Of a stretch of 64,000 nucleotides of DNA, positions 24,376 through 36,700 are shown piece after piece. The notes under the pieces are model-generated. The model ran no database searches, was not told the DNA's origin, and saw nothing but the letters and a program-made list of their open reading frames with translations. The stretch is from Lama glama (taxonomy: Eukaryota). A program made the translations under genes and the position numbers. Positions within the stretch are counted from its first letter, which is position 1. Each line of letters begins with the position of its first letter. Location of the stretch: contig CM052817.1 in NCBI GenBank assembly GCA_028534125.1, forward strand, positions 1-64,000. The letters are read 5' to 3'.

Positions 24376-24659
24376 ACTATTTTTTTAAAAAAGAAAGATG
24401 TGTAATGAGATAAAACGCAGATGTCAGATAAACTTTAAAAGGATGTAGGTTGAAAAACGAGGTCATCTGAAGTTCCACTATCATGTGGCCCGGACAAATC
24501 GAGGACTCGAAGAGGAGCAGCCATGGGACAATACTGGAGTGTGTGTTTCTTTGTTTAAACAGGCTTTGTTTTTTAAAAGACGTTTTGAGCTCACCACAAA
24601 ACTGGGTCCCATACACCCCCTGCTCTGCTCTTGCTGCTCCCTTCAACCCAACCCCCAAT

Positions 24660-25345
24660 CCCAGACACACACACAGGTGCTAGAGCCTCCTGCCCCCAAC
24701 TCTCCTGTCAACATTCTGTGTATTGGTCACGACTGCTGAGCCCACATGGACACATCGTGATCACTAGGGCCCAGAGTTTGCATCAGGGTCCACTCCTGGT
24801 GGTGCACAACCTATCAGTCCCAACAAACACATCTCACCACAAAACCATCACACCGCACAGTGTCGCTGCCTTAAAAATCCTCTGTACTCGGCCAGTCTAT
24901 CAGCCCCCACCCTCCACCCCACAGCAAACCCCTGGCAATGCACTGATCTTTCCAACTCTTTCCATGGTTTGCCTTCTCTCCTATGTCATACGTAGTTGGG
25001 ACCCTAAGATGTGCACCCTTTCCAGACTGGCTTCTCTTACTGAGTAACAGGCATTTAAGGTGCCCCACCCATCTCCCCATGGCTCAACAGATCTCTCCCT
25101 TCTTTCTGGTTCTGAGGAATATTCTGTTGCATGAGTGAAGCCCAATCCACGTGTCCATTCACCTCCTGAAGGACATCTTGGTTGCTTCCAGCTTTCTGGC
25201 AGGTACGAAGAAAGCTGCCTTAAATGTCCTGGTGCAGGTTTCTGTGTAGATGTAAGTATTTGACCCATTTGGGTCCATTGATACCAAGGAGTTGGAGGAC
25301 TGGATCATATGGTAAGGATGCGTTTCATCTTGAAAGATCCAGCCT
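24660..25345 (-). mobile_element. L1MC/MD-like 3' end
   Basis: GAAGGACATCTTGGTTGCTTCCA...GGATCATATGGTAAG. Confidence 0.75.
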
Positions 25346-25449
25346 ATCTTCACAGAGACCCTGAAGGTGGTCGCTGAGAGCATGTCGGCATCCTGAGGAG
25401 TCAAGCCAAGGAAAGAGGTTAATTTCAAAGATGCCAGTAAGAAGGACGT

Positions 25450-25990
25450 CGCCGAGACAAAACCATCCCTCCACCCTCGCAGAGCTGACAGCTCGTCCTG
25501 AGAATTAAGTGCACATGAGACAGACTCACAGGAGAGAAGCAGACACGCTTATTACCCCTAAGTTTTACATGACCCGGGGCGTCCTGCTAAGGAGGTGAAG
25601 GAACACCGAGAGAAGTGGCAAAACCTAAATGCTTTCCTGTTGGGCTGAACAGAGAGAGGGGATTGTGGGAGAGGAACTGCACTGTGTGGGGAGGCTAAGG
25701 AGGATGAGAATCACGGTCAACAAGGTCCATGTGTACAGAATTCGCTCTTTCTCATCTTTCCCTGCGGAACGATAACACTGTCACTCTCCTGCCAGGAGGA
25801 GGGAGGACGTCTCCCATGGGGGGTGGGGGTGGGGGCGGGGGATGGATGTGTTGTCTCCTGCTGCCAGGGAGATGGAGGGGAAAGCTCCGCACGTCCCTCT
25901 TCACCTGTTTTGCAGGAGACGTAGTTGTTTGTTTTCTCTTTGCTGTTTTCTCTGTAAAAGTATCCAAAGCTATAAACAATGCTCAGGCTT
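25450..25990. mobile_element. ERV LTR-like element
   Basis: CATGAGACAGACTCACAGGAGAGAAGCAGACACGCTTTATT...TTTACATGAC pattern typical of ERV1 LTRs; family unresolved. Confidence 0.45.
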
Positions 25991-27002
25991 CCTTTCACCT
26001 CTGAGTCCTGTCCCTGGGGTTTGGCCTCTCACAGGAGGAGGGACACGTTCTTCTGACATGACGGGGCTGGGCAGGCAGACAGGGACAAGGTGGGTGAGGG
26101 CCCATGCTTGTTCTTTTCTCATGTGTTGGGAAGATGATTCTGCTCTAGCCAGATGGGATCCACTTTCTCCATTAATGATCTGGCAAGGTATCAGCTGAAA
26201 AGAGGAAGAGCAAAGGTCAGAACAGGGAGAAGCTGGTGATAGATGCTGGGGTCTCCTGAGCAACGACTTTGTCGGAGGCACATGCACATCCCTGTCTCTG
26301 GGCCACCATGTTCATGGCCGATTTGGTGTGCAGGTGACTGAATGTATGATGCTATCATTGGCCCACTTTCCGGTGTTGTCTCCAGCTCACCTGAGCGGTG
26401 CCAACCTGCCAACTAAGATGGGGTTCATCCAGGGGTGGCATTGTGCCACGGAAGGGAGAAGCAGGAAGTACTTGAGCTTGAGTGACTTGTAGAAGAGTGA
26501 CTCTCTGAATTGGATGGGGTACAGGACCAGCTGGGTATCTCTTTGTTGGAAATTGGGGCTGGGTGTTGTTTATTTGCTGGATGAGGTGAAATAACTCTGC
26601 AAGTGGAGGTGTCTGTACAAAGGGTCTAGCAGGATGGGAGAGTGAGGTCAGTCCTGGTGCCAAGAAATTCCAAGAATTTGTAGTAGCTCAGACTCAGGCC
26701 TTTTCTCAGAAATAGGCAGAGAGAGGAGTTGGCTTTGGTCATTGTAAAGCTAACTGGCTCCTCAGCAGTCACAACAGAAGGTTCCCAGCATGAACTGATC
26801 TGCAGGAGCCAGAGTGTCTGTAGCGCTCAGCCCTCACCCTCAGCCCCCAGGTGGTGCACCTTTCATAGGAGAGATGTCACAGGGCGACAGAGAGGGGGCG
26901 GACAGTGTCTCTCTTACATGGGTCATTTCTTCAATAACATGAATTCAAAACAATCAATACATCATTCAGGCATCTTTAGAAATGACCTTCCCTGGGCTCT
27001 AA

Positions 27003-27114
27003 CAACACACACACACACACAAATACATATAAATATAAATGTATAAATACACACACACACACAAGAAAGAGACTGACAGGAACACAGAGAGGCAGAGGGA
27101 GAGAGAGAGAGACA

Positions 27115-27158
<44 letters not shown>

Positions 27159-27180
27159 GAGGCACTGAGAGACAGAGAAT
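27003..27180. repeat. Compound microsatellite (AC)n/(AG)n/(AGAC)n
   Basis: Directly visible. Confidence 0.95.
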
Positions 27181-28199
27181 GAACACGGGAGCTGGGAATG
27201 GGTGGAAGTCACGCACTTTTCATAAGTCAGTCTACCTGTCAGAACCCAGGCACAAGGTCCAACCATCCTGCATGTGTGGGTGTGGGAATCACACAAGGCC
27301 GAGTGACCAGGAGGCAAGAATGCAGGGAGCCATGGTGGGGCACCACACAGGCCGAGAAGAGACACTGGCACCTGAGTCTGAATATAACAGGAGGACCTGG
27401 AAGGCTGTATGCCAGAGCGGACAGTGTCTGAATCGCATTTCATTTCAACCCACCCACGGGGGGGCGGGGGGGGGGCTGGGAAGCAGGCAGCAAGAAGAGT
27501 GACTTTCTCCAGACCCCAGAGCAGACCCAGGCCTGTGTCGGGTGTGCTCTGCACTCCGCCAGCCCTCTGTGGAATCCTTCCTTTGCTGAGTCTGTGCATG
27601 AGCTCCCTGTGATGCCAGCCCATGGGTGTTACAGGGGCTTTAAGTATTTATAGTCTACAGACCTGATGGCTTCCCTAGGAAGCAGAGGCCAGAATGACCC
27701 CCCATGGTGCAGATGCGGGACTGGAGAGACCCTGAGAGGCACGTGGCCTGTCCAGAGTCACAGCACTTCTGAGGAGGGGGAGCCGGGTCTGAACTGTGTC
27801 CTCAGAACTGGGGTCCTGGCTGCACCCAGGCCTCCCCAGGGCTGTGGGGTGCGCTGGCTTGGTGTCACTGTGCATGGACATGGTATGGGGTGGGAGGTGA
27901 GCAGTCGGCAGCCCAGAGGGGCCCTTGGGGAGATTGGTGTAAGGAGGAAGCTTGGGTAAGGGGACCCCAGGAAGTGACCTCACTTCCCTGGCAATAGAGC
28001 CCAACAGAACCTGGGACATAGGTCACCAGGCACCCACTCTCTGGAGAAGCCCCCTCCCCAGCTCACTTGGTTGGAGACACTCAAACATGTTCTGTTGTGT
28101 CCCAATATCCTGAGGCCGTGGCCACACTATTTTCTCCTACAAGATCCTAAAAAGTGACATGATGGCTCAATGCCATGTGATACCCTGGATAATTTTAAT

Positions 28200-28620
28200 G
28201 ATGAAATAAAATAATGCTTGCAAGAGACAGGTTTAAGAGTGGGTTTGAGCCTGGTGGGACAGGCGCTCATACTCTCACACTGTGACCTGGTCCCTTTGTC
28301 CTACTAAGTAACTTTGGGAGGGCCCATTCATAGCCACAGTCTCTCTCTCTCACTGCCATCAGGGACCTCCATCAACTCCAGGATGACACGTCCAGTCTAG
28401 TGGGGAAGGGTCTTTCCTTTCTTGGGTTCCATAAAAAGTCACAGCTTGCAATATCTTTGGTCTAGCTTGTGTTATATCTCATCCTTGAACCGATCAGAGC
28501 ACCGAGAGGATGGAACATAAGACTGGACAGATGTGGGATCATACACCCATCTTCAAGGTGAGTGGGACATGGGGTCAGCCCTCTGCGACTGTTTGGACCA
28601 GATGCAGGTGTAGTTCCTAA
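28200..28620. mobile_element. Degenerate MaLR MLT1 LTR
   Basis: CATCCTTGAACCGATCA...GATGGAACAT...GGGGTCAGCCC motifs. Confidence 0.45.
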
Positions 28621-29499
28621 AAACTAAGGTGCTGAGAACGGATGCTGCCTTGAGGAAAGCAGCAGACTCCGCCCCCCCCCCTTGACTGCCCGCTGCACAG
28701 CTGTGGGATCTGAAGTCCAAGGAAGGAAGGGGTTTGGGTCAGGGGCTGCAGCCACCCACCCAGTGTTCTTCCTGTTCTCCCAGGATGGCAAGAAGCTCTT
28801 CCACTTGCTCAAAAAGCAACTTTGCTGTTGCTGGTAAACTCGGGACTCCTGCCTTGGACACTGCATCTCTGTATCTCAGAGACTGGGCCAGAACAGCCCA
28901 TGTGCCCTCGGAAGACACACACACCTCATCTGCATCCCTGGGAGGCGGAAGCCCAGGCATCACATCTGTCCCTTGGCTACACTAATCACCCATCCAAGAA
29001 AAAAAACATGCTCCTTTTCCAGTCTCTTCTGTCTTCTTTACAAAGAGCAGAGACCAAATACCCGGGTGTTAAGGAGACTCTTGTTCAGTGAGGCACTGGG
29101 AGTCTGGAGGACTGTCCTATACCACAATACCACCGTTGGCGGCTTTCCAAAGCCCACAGGGCATGGGCTTGGGATGCACACAGGTTTCTAAGACCACACA
29201 ACCTCAGCGTGAAACTCTCCACTGGGAGGCCTAGTTGCTCCTGTATCTCTGATTCTTAATGAGCATAAATGTCAAAGGTTTGTTCCAACCCGAAGGCCAA
29301 AGGATAGCAGGACCACCTTCAGTGGAGGGTTATTACCTCTCTTGGCAGGCTAAGAGGCTCTGAGGGAGGAGGCGCCCTCAACCACAGGGATGTTTGAAAA
29401 TGAAACATCCGAAGGGGCTGTCTACACTGCCCCAACTCCTACTCTAGCCCCAGCCCTAGGGCTAGACACCAAGCCCAATCTAATCAACACAAATACACC

Positions 29500-29775
29500 A
29501 TTAAAGAACTGGACCAGTATCCCTATAAATATGAATATAACAATTCTCCACAAAATAGTAACAGCATGAAACCAACAGCCGACTGAAGGGACTATGCCAT
29601 CAGCCAGGGTCTCTACACCAGCAATCCCAGATTGTTCAACATATTAAAGCCAAGCAACGTAATACACCACAATAACTGTGTGCAGTAAAAACACAAAATC
29701 ATCAACTGATGCCGGAAAAGCTTTAAACAAAACCCAATGCTATTTCATGAAATAAACACTCAAGAAAGCACAAAT
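29500..29775 (+). mobile_element. Old L1 ORF2 (RT) fragment
   Basis: CCAGTATCCCTATAAAT...TTCAACATA...GATGCCGGAAAAGCTTT (RPISL/DAEKAFD region). Confidence 0.7.
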
Positions 29776-29899
29776 AGCACTAGTCAGTCCCCTCTGAGGC
29801 AAAGGAGCTGGGCCTTTATACCACAACCCGTCTTGAGCTCAAGGTGTTTGGGCAGCGACAACTCCCAGCGCAGCAGATCCCACCAGCCAAGGGCAATCG

Positions 29900-30750
29900 T
29901 TCAGAGAAGAGCGTGGCGGTGAGCCGCGGCCCCTGTGTGCCCAGAAGCCAGGGGTGGAGGCACTGGACACTAAAGGGGTCTGATGAAGCCCCAACAATGT
30001 CCCGGAGTTCAGCGCCGCACAGGGGGCCCTGACCCGGGACGTCAGCCGGAGTTTCTGGAGGCCACCTGGCGACGCAATGGCCTGACTCGAGGCCCAAGTC
30101 ACAGACCGCGTCCTCTGCACACACCTGCCCACGACACAAGTGGCTCTGAGGGCGACGGCACCTGACTCAGCAGGCTCACAGAATGTGTGACAGCTCCTAG
30201 CAGGCGGCACGCACACGGCAGGGCCACAAAGACACAGACACACGGACACACTGACGCAGCACACGGAACACCTCACTGCACCCCGGGGCTGGCGGGGACT
30301 CGCGCGCAGGCGCACTGGAAGTACACGAGGAGCCGGGAGCCCAGGGCCGCCCCGCCCCGGAAGCGCCCGCCCCCTTGTGCGCATTTCCGGCGCGCAGACT
30401 GACGGATAGACGACGGGAACCTGTCAGGCCCTCCGGTTCGCGCTTGCTCAGAGGCGGCTTGCTCGGGGCGGAAGGGGCTGCTTCTGGCGAGACTTGCACG
30501 GGGGTCTGGGAACCTGCATCCCGGCCCGGCGGGTGGGCGCGATGCGGCTAGGCTCCGGGGCCTTCGCCGCCTGCTGCGTAGTGATCGAGGTGCTGGGGGT
30601 CGCCCTCTTCCTTCGGGGATTTTTCCCGGCCCCCATTTGTTTCTCTTCCAGGACGGAGAACGAAGCAGAGCCCCCAGCGCCCGAACCCTCGTCTGGTACG
30701 GACCACTCCCCAGGCATCTCTGCTCCCTGGGCCCCACTTTTCCCCGGAGG
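29900..30750. promoter_or_regulatory. CpG-island promoter of PIGG
   Basis: Dense CpG and high GC around exon 1. NRF1-like GCGCAGGCGCA at 30304-30314; ETS/GABP-like CCGGAAG at 30357-30363 and TTTCCGG at 30384-30390; GC boxes (e.g. 30465-30471); no TATA box seen. Confidence 0.85.
30542..30695 (+). CDS. PIGG: PIGG coding exon 1 (154 nt)
   Basis: ATG at 30542 with G at -3; [31 protein letters not shown]...EPSS; donor G|GTACGG. Confidence 0.95.
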
Positions 30751-33700
30751 ACCCTCCTTATGAGCTTTGCCTCTTGGGCTTCTTCCCAGGGTTCCCGAGT
30801 GGTCTCCTTTTCCATTCTGATCCTCGCCCCCAAGAGCCCCCTTCTTACCGCTCCAGTCTCCTTTTCTGTATCCTACAACTTTTTGGCAAGCCCCGCTACC
30901 ATCCTACTACTAAGATCCTACTCCTTGGTCACCACAAAGCAAGCTCTCTACACCCGTGAAAAGCAAGCCTCTCCCCAGCACTCTTCATCCAGTGACACCC
31001 CGACCTCCTTCCCTGAGCAGGTGTTTGCGTCACTCACTGTTCCAGGCACCCTTTTTGCTCAGTAAGACACAACAGATGAGATTCCTGCCGACCTCTCGTG
31101 TTTTCTTCTATGATATTCCTCCAAGACCCCGTTTTGCTCAGTAGTTAAGACCTCCCTGCATAGACCCCATTCTTAGCCCTCACCTATCCAGCAGTATATA
31201 CCAGGTAAAGACACTCAGGTTTTGGACCAGATCCACACAATACCAGCTGCTAACCATGTAAACAGTTTGTAAATGCTCACCCATCCCCTACCTATAGCAC
31301 TGTGTTTGGGGTCAGGCGCCCTGGTGTCCCATTCCAGGACACTCCCTTGTCCCAGTACTCCTCACCTTGCTAAGGGCAGTTTGCTACTTAATACTGGGGA
31401 TCTCTGAGCTTCCTTGTTGCCCATCCCCTGAACCCAGCGTTGTCTACCAAGAACAGGCCTTTTCCTTTGGGTCAGGATATGTAGATGTGACAGAGTATGT
31501 GCTGGAGAAGTAGGCAGAAACTACATTAGAAGGTGTTTGAATGCTACATAAAGTTTAAAATTCAATTTCCTTTTTTCTTTCAAACACTTTTAGGAGCCAG
31601 TTCCAACTGGACCAAGCTCCCACCACCTCTCTTCAGTAAAATTGTTATTGTGCTGATAGACGGCTTGAGAGATGATTTTGTGTTTGGGTCAAAGGGTGTG
31701 AAATTTATGCCCTACACAACTTACCTTGTGGAAAAAGGACCATCTCACAGTTTTGTGGCCGAAGCAAAGCCTCCTACAGTTACTATGCCTCGAATCAAGG
31801 TAAACAGTTTGACTTAACATATTACAGATCATGGTTTGGCTGTTTCAGAAGTTTAGAGGGACTCCCTGTAGTCTTTTACTTGGAGTCCCAATTTTAACTA
31901 AGTGAAAATTAGTTTGGTGCTGTCAGCCTGGCTGGGACAATAGAATGCTGAAGAAGCCTCCCATTGGATGGAACTGAGCCCCATGATTTGTGCCCTTTGC
32001 CACATAGCCAAAGCTCGTGCTTCATGGGAAGCATAAAAAATTTTCAGCCAGACCTTCTAGGCCAACCTGATTCAAGAGATACCATCCTCGTTGCTAACCT
32101 GCTGTCTTCTTTAATCATCAGTGGATCAGTTTTAATTATGGAAGGAACCTCTAGGGTCATCTAGTTCAATCTCTTTACTTTGTGGACAAGGAAGCAAACT
32201 CAGATAAGTCAGATGACTTGTCCAGAATTGTAGTGTGCACAGTGACCAAACCAACATGATCTGGCTTCAACAGATATCTCTGATGCTACTCTATAAACTG
32301 TCTTCATGTGTTCAGCCTAGTGGGTGTGCCTTTGAAGTGCACAGTGATTTACCCAAGAACTGTGGGTAAAGAGAAGAGTAAAGCCTTATTGATTGGCTTT
32401 AAAACTATTTATTGAGCAACTACTGTGTGCTGATATTGCAGTGGGTATACAGTTGGGGGAAAATAGTATCTCTGTCTTCATGGAACTTTCAGTCTCTAAT
32501 AAGAGACACAGCTGTTAAACAAATGAATGTGCGGTTATGAAGTGTGATTAATGCCTAATGAAAAAACAGGGTGTGGTGCTCAGTGCTGGGTAGGGGGCTC
32601 AGTTTAGATTGGGGTGAACCAGAAAAGCCTGTCTAAGGAAATTACATTCCAGCCTAGATCCCAAGGATGAGTAAAGGGGTGGGATCAGAAAAGGACAGAA
32701 GAGCTTGAAAGGTTGTGAGTACCCTGCAAGTCAGTGTGGTGTAGAAGTCTGACCAAGCCTTACTTCTGTGGCTGCTCATGGGACACATTATCATTTGGTG
32801 AGGAATCATTTTTTGATTTAAAGCTTGAGGGCAATGTTGGTAGTTACTCAGTAAACATTTACTGGGCGAGTAAAGCAGCCTGGAATTGAAGGGGTTAATG
32901 CCACATATTTCACTGACCTTTTCTCTTGAGCCTCCCACTCTCTGGCACTTCTGGATGTAGTTTGTCCTTCATTCAACGATATTTATTGAGCATCTACTGT
33001 GTGTCAGGCACTGCTCTAGGTCAGAGGGTTCAGTGAAGAACAAGACAGCAACTGTCTTATTGTCGTGAAGCTTACTTTCTAACTGAGGGGACAGAAAATG
33101 TGTAAGTGTACAAATAAGTAATCAGAACAATTTCAGGAAGCAACAGTGTGATCGAAGAAATCGAGGAGGAGAATGTGATAGTGATGGGTGGGGTCATCCT
33201 CAGTCTGGATGCTCAGGGACAGCCTCTCGGGAGTGGTCCTTCTGTAGAAGCAGGTCCTGTGAAAGCTGGAAGAAAGGCACCCGGGCTCCAGGCCATCAGA
33301 ATTGCTGATTTCTGCATTCGTCCTGTCAGAAGTGTGGAAGGCACTCGTTCCTGCTTCATTCTGATGAGGAAAGTGCTGTTAGGAATCTGGGCAGTTTGGT
33401 AAGAAAAAGTATCGTGAGCGTGCATGTCCCAGGTTCTGTTCCGTCCTGCACATGGGCCAGGGTGTTTCCTAGGGCCTCTCTTTTCCAGTTTGTTACATTT
33501 CACCAAACCAGTGTTCTGTTTAATTTTGTTTTGTTACGGGTGCTTTGTAGGTTCTTACTCCTCATTCTCCATCCGGGAGGAGCTGGAATACAGGAAGTCC
33601 GTGCTGGAGTTAGGGTCGCACAGCTCTGGAATTTGATAGGATCGGGTGGTGCTGGCCAAGGAGTGTGTGCCCTGCCCTGCCTCTACTCAGGGAAGGGACT

Positions 33701-36700
33701 TAGTTCATCTGGAGGTGTTGATACAATTGTCATGAAATGTCAGTTTTAAAATTTCAAGATTAATGTCTCTGGTAGCACTCTCCCATGTTAGGATTCTGCA
33801 GTAGCTTCCTTCTAAAATTTTGTAACTAATTTTTGAATGTCTTTCCTTTTGGGGAGAATTTATAGTCATAATAAGGAGCAGTGACCACTGGCTGCAGTGA
33901 GCACATAGTGCAGCAGTATCTCATGCACTTTCACAACAGCCCTGTGGGCTGGGCTCCGTGAGGCAGGCACCACTCTCTTCTCCATTTCCCTGATGGGGAA
34001 TTCTCACATTCTCTTTCAGTGGTCTCTGTAGAGCCCTCCTTAATTCTCAGAAGGCAGGAAACTACTGTCCCCAGGGCCGCAGCGGTCACTGGAAGACCTC
34101 CAAGGAGATGAGACTTGAGCTCTCACTTAGACTTCCTAGAACTCTCAGCTGCAACTCAGCTGCTGCCTGCATGTCTCCTGGGGCACAAGGGACACCAGGT
34201 AGTCTCTGCCCTTTGAAAATGTCAGTGTGAACCCAAACCAGTGTGAGGGGCGAAGTGCCTTGTAACAGCCCAGAGGGGAGGACAGGCAGATTCGAATACC
34301 TGAAAGCAGAAAACCCTCAGTGGTAGAAGGCGCTAAAAACAAAGTCAGCTGACAAATGATAAACTGGAAAAATTACAGTAACACAACAAACAAGAGGTTA
34401 ACCCTGTGGTATGTAAAGAGGATCTGACCAAAGACAGCAACCCAGTGACAGCTGGACAAAGGGTATAAAGAAGTCCACAGAGAAGAAATTGAAAATGGCC
34501 AGTAAACATGAAGAGATTCTTAACTTCAATGGTAATCAGATCGAAGTCAAACTAAGACAATATATAAGGCCGGTTTTTGTCTATCACATCGTACAAATTT
34601 ACAGACGGATGATAACCTACTCATCACAAGAAATGAGGTGGACAGATGCTCCTCATACTGTCAATGTGAATACGACTGGACTGAGCCAGCACACCCACCA
34701 CTTCCACCCTTGTCCAGTGTACTGCGGCCTCCAGCCTGGCCTATAAAACTCTCCCAGCACCATTTCTCGCCCAGAATGTGTCCAGACACAGATTGGGTCA
34801 CACTGCTCTACTTCTTAAAATCCTCAGAGGCTTACACGCTGCCTAATCACCTGGGCCTGGGTGTCGTGTGGCCTTGCTCCTGTTTACCTCTTCAGCCTCC
34901 CCTTCTTCCTGTGTCTTTGATCCACACAGGTCACACATAGCTCCGTCCCTAACGTGTGCTGCCCTCTTTCACCTTGCGGTGTTTGCCGTTTGCTGTGCTT
35001 CGCCCTGGGAGGGCCCACCTCACCCCACCTCACCCCACCTCGACAACACTTCCCCTTCCACACCTCAGCTCAAATGGCCCTTCAGTTGGAGGCTTTTTAA
35101 AAGCAACAGACATTAAAACGGTCTTGGATAAATACATTGTACATCCAAACACAAGTGCTTTGTAGCTACTGAAAACAAAAGATGAAGTACCTGTTATGTT
35201 TTCTGTGGAAGGGGGTTCATGATATGTTATTAAGTGAAAAAAGCAAGTTGCAGAATTATTTATATCGTTTATTACCCTTTTGGTAAAAAAAAAGTGTATA
35301 CTTTGTATATTTATGATTATACACATGCAGAAAAAAGTATGAAAGGATACTCACTTAAAGTAACTGGTTACCTTTAGGGAGTTGAATTTTGGGGTGGAAG
35401 GCTCACATTTTTTTTAAAATTACTTCAGAGGAGGGAGGGTAATAATTCAGTGGCAGAGTGCCTTTTTAGCATGCACAAGGTCTTGGGTTCAATCCCCAGT
35501 CCTTCCGTTTAAAAAAAAAAGAACAAAAAAAACTTCGTTGAGATTGAAGTTTTATACAGTCCATACAGTTTGATGAGATTAACAGATGTCCATCCATGCA
35601 GCCCGCCTCAAGTCTGGATTCTGACCTCCGCCCCAGTGGAGATAGCTGTTGCTGTTGCTTCATTGACTTGCTCAGACTAGTTTGAGAGAGTCTGTCTCTG
35701 CCAAGGTCCAAGTGTTCAATAACTGATGTCTCTGCTTGTTTGGTTTTTCAATTCTTGGTTGTTTTTAAGCCGAGGTCGCCCGGGTCAGCAAGGCTTCGTG
35801 GTAAGCAGTGCTTCGTCAACGGCTGTGCTTTAACACACTCTGCGGCGTGGCTTCCGCCCTTTGCAGGATTCTGTGTGCGGGTTGGGCCACACACTCCTGC
35901 TGAGTCAGTTTATGGTCAGCCCTGCCTCTCACTTTTGAGCAGGGCCTTCTGTTCAGCTGAAAGTAACAGGTGACCAGGCCCTCTCTGTTCTCTCCTGAAT
36001 GTGCGCGCAGCCCTGTGTGTTCACGCGGCCTTCCGGGTTCCAGGAATACGTGGGAGCTCATGGAAGTCCATCATAGCTGTCCTGTTCCCCAGGATCCCTT
36101 TTTCAGTTTTTTGCTGGTCTCTTACTACAGCCAGCGTAGAAGCCTCCAGGCACTGTGACGGTGGCCTTCCCTGTGTTCACCTCGTCTCTGGCAGGGGACT
36201 TTTCGCTGGAGGGCAGGATCGGGGAGGCTCCTCCTGGCTGTCATGGCTGCCTCATTGCTGGGTGTCAGGGAGAGGAGCAGCCCAAGTTAAAACACCACAG
36301 GTACGCATAGCTCTTACCAAAATTCGCAAGTTTGTCTTGAATAAGAACGTTTCAATTTGTGTGTATCCTTGCTGAGTTTTCAAAGTCCTGAAATGGTTGT
36401 TTTTGGCAGTTTTATCCAATTTTGTCGTTCTTAGGGAAGAGGATTTGCTGAGCTCCTCGTTCCCGAAGTCCAGGATTAATTTCTATTTGTATTAATTTGC
36501 TGTTAAAGAAGTCTTGGCAAAATTATTACGCCTGTTGGCATTATCCAGACTCCTGTTAATCTCCATCACACAGGCCCCTGAATGCTAGTGTCATGGGTTG
36601 CCTGCTAACTGCAGATCACAGAGACATATTTAGACTGAGGTAAAATGAGGGAAGTTTTGACTTAATTCTGTGTCAGAAAGGCGTGAGGACACGTCACACC

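Noticed and set aside
30494..30541. In-frame TTG extension upstream of the PIGG ATG
   Set aside because: An ORF-caller alternative start; the ATG at 30542 matches the known N-terminus.
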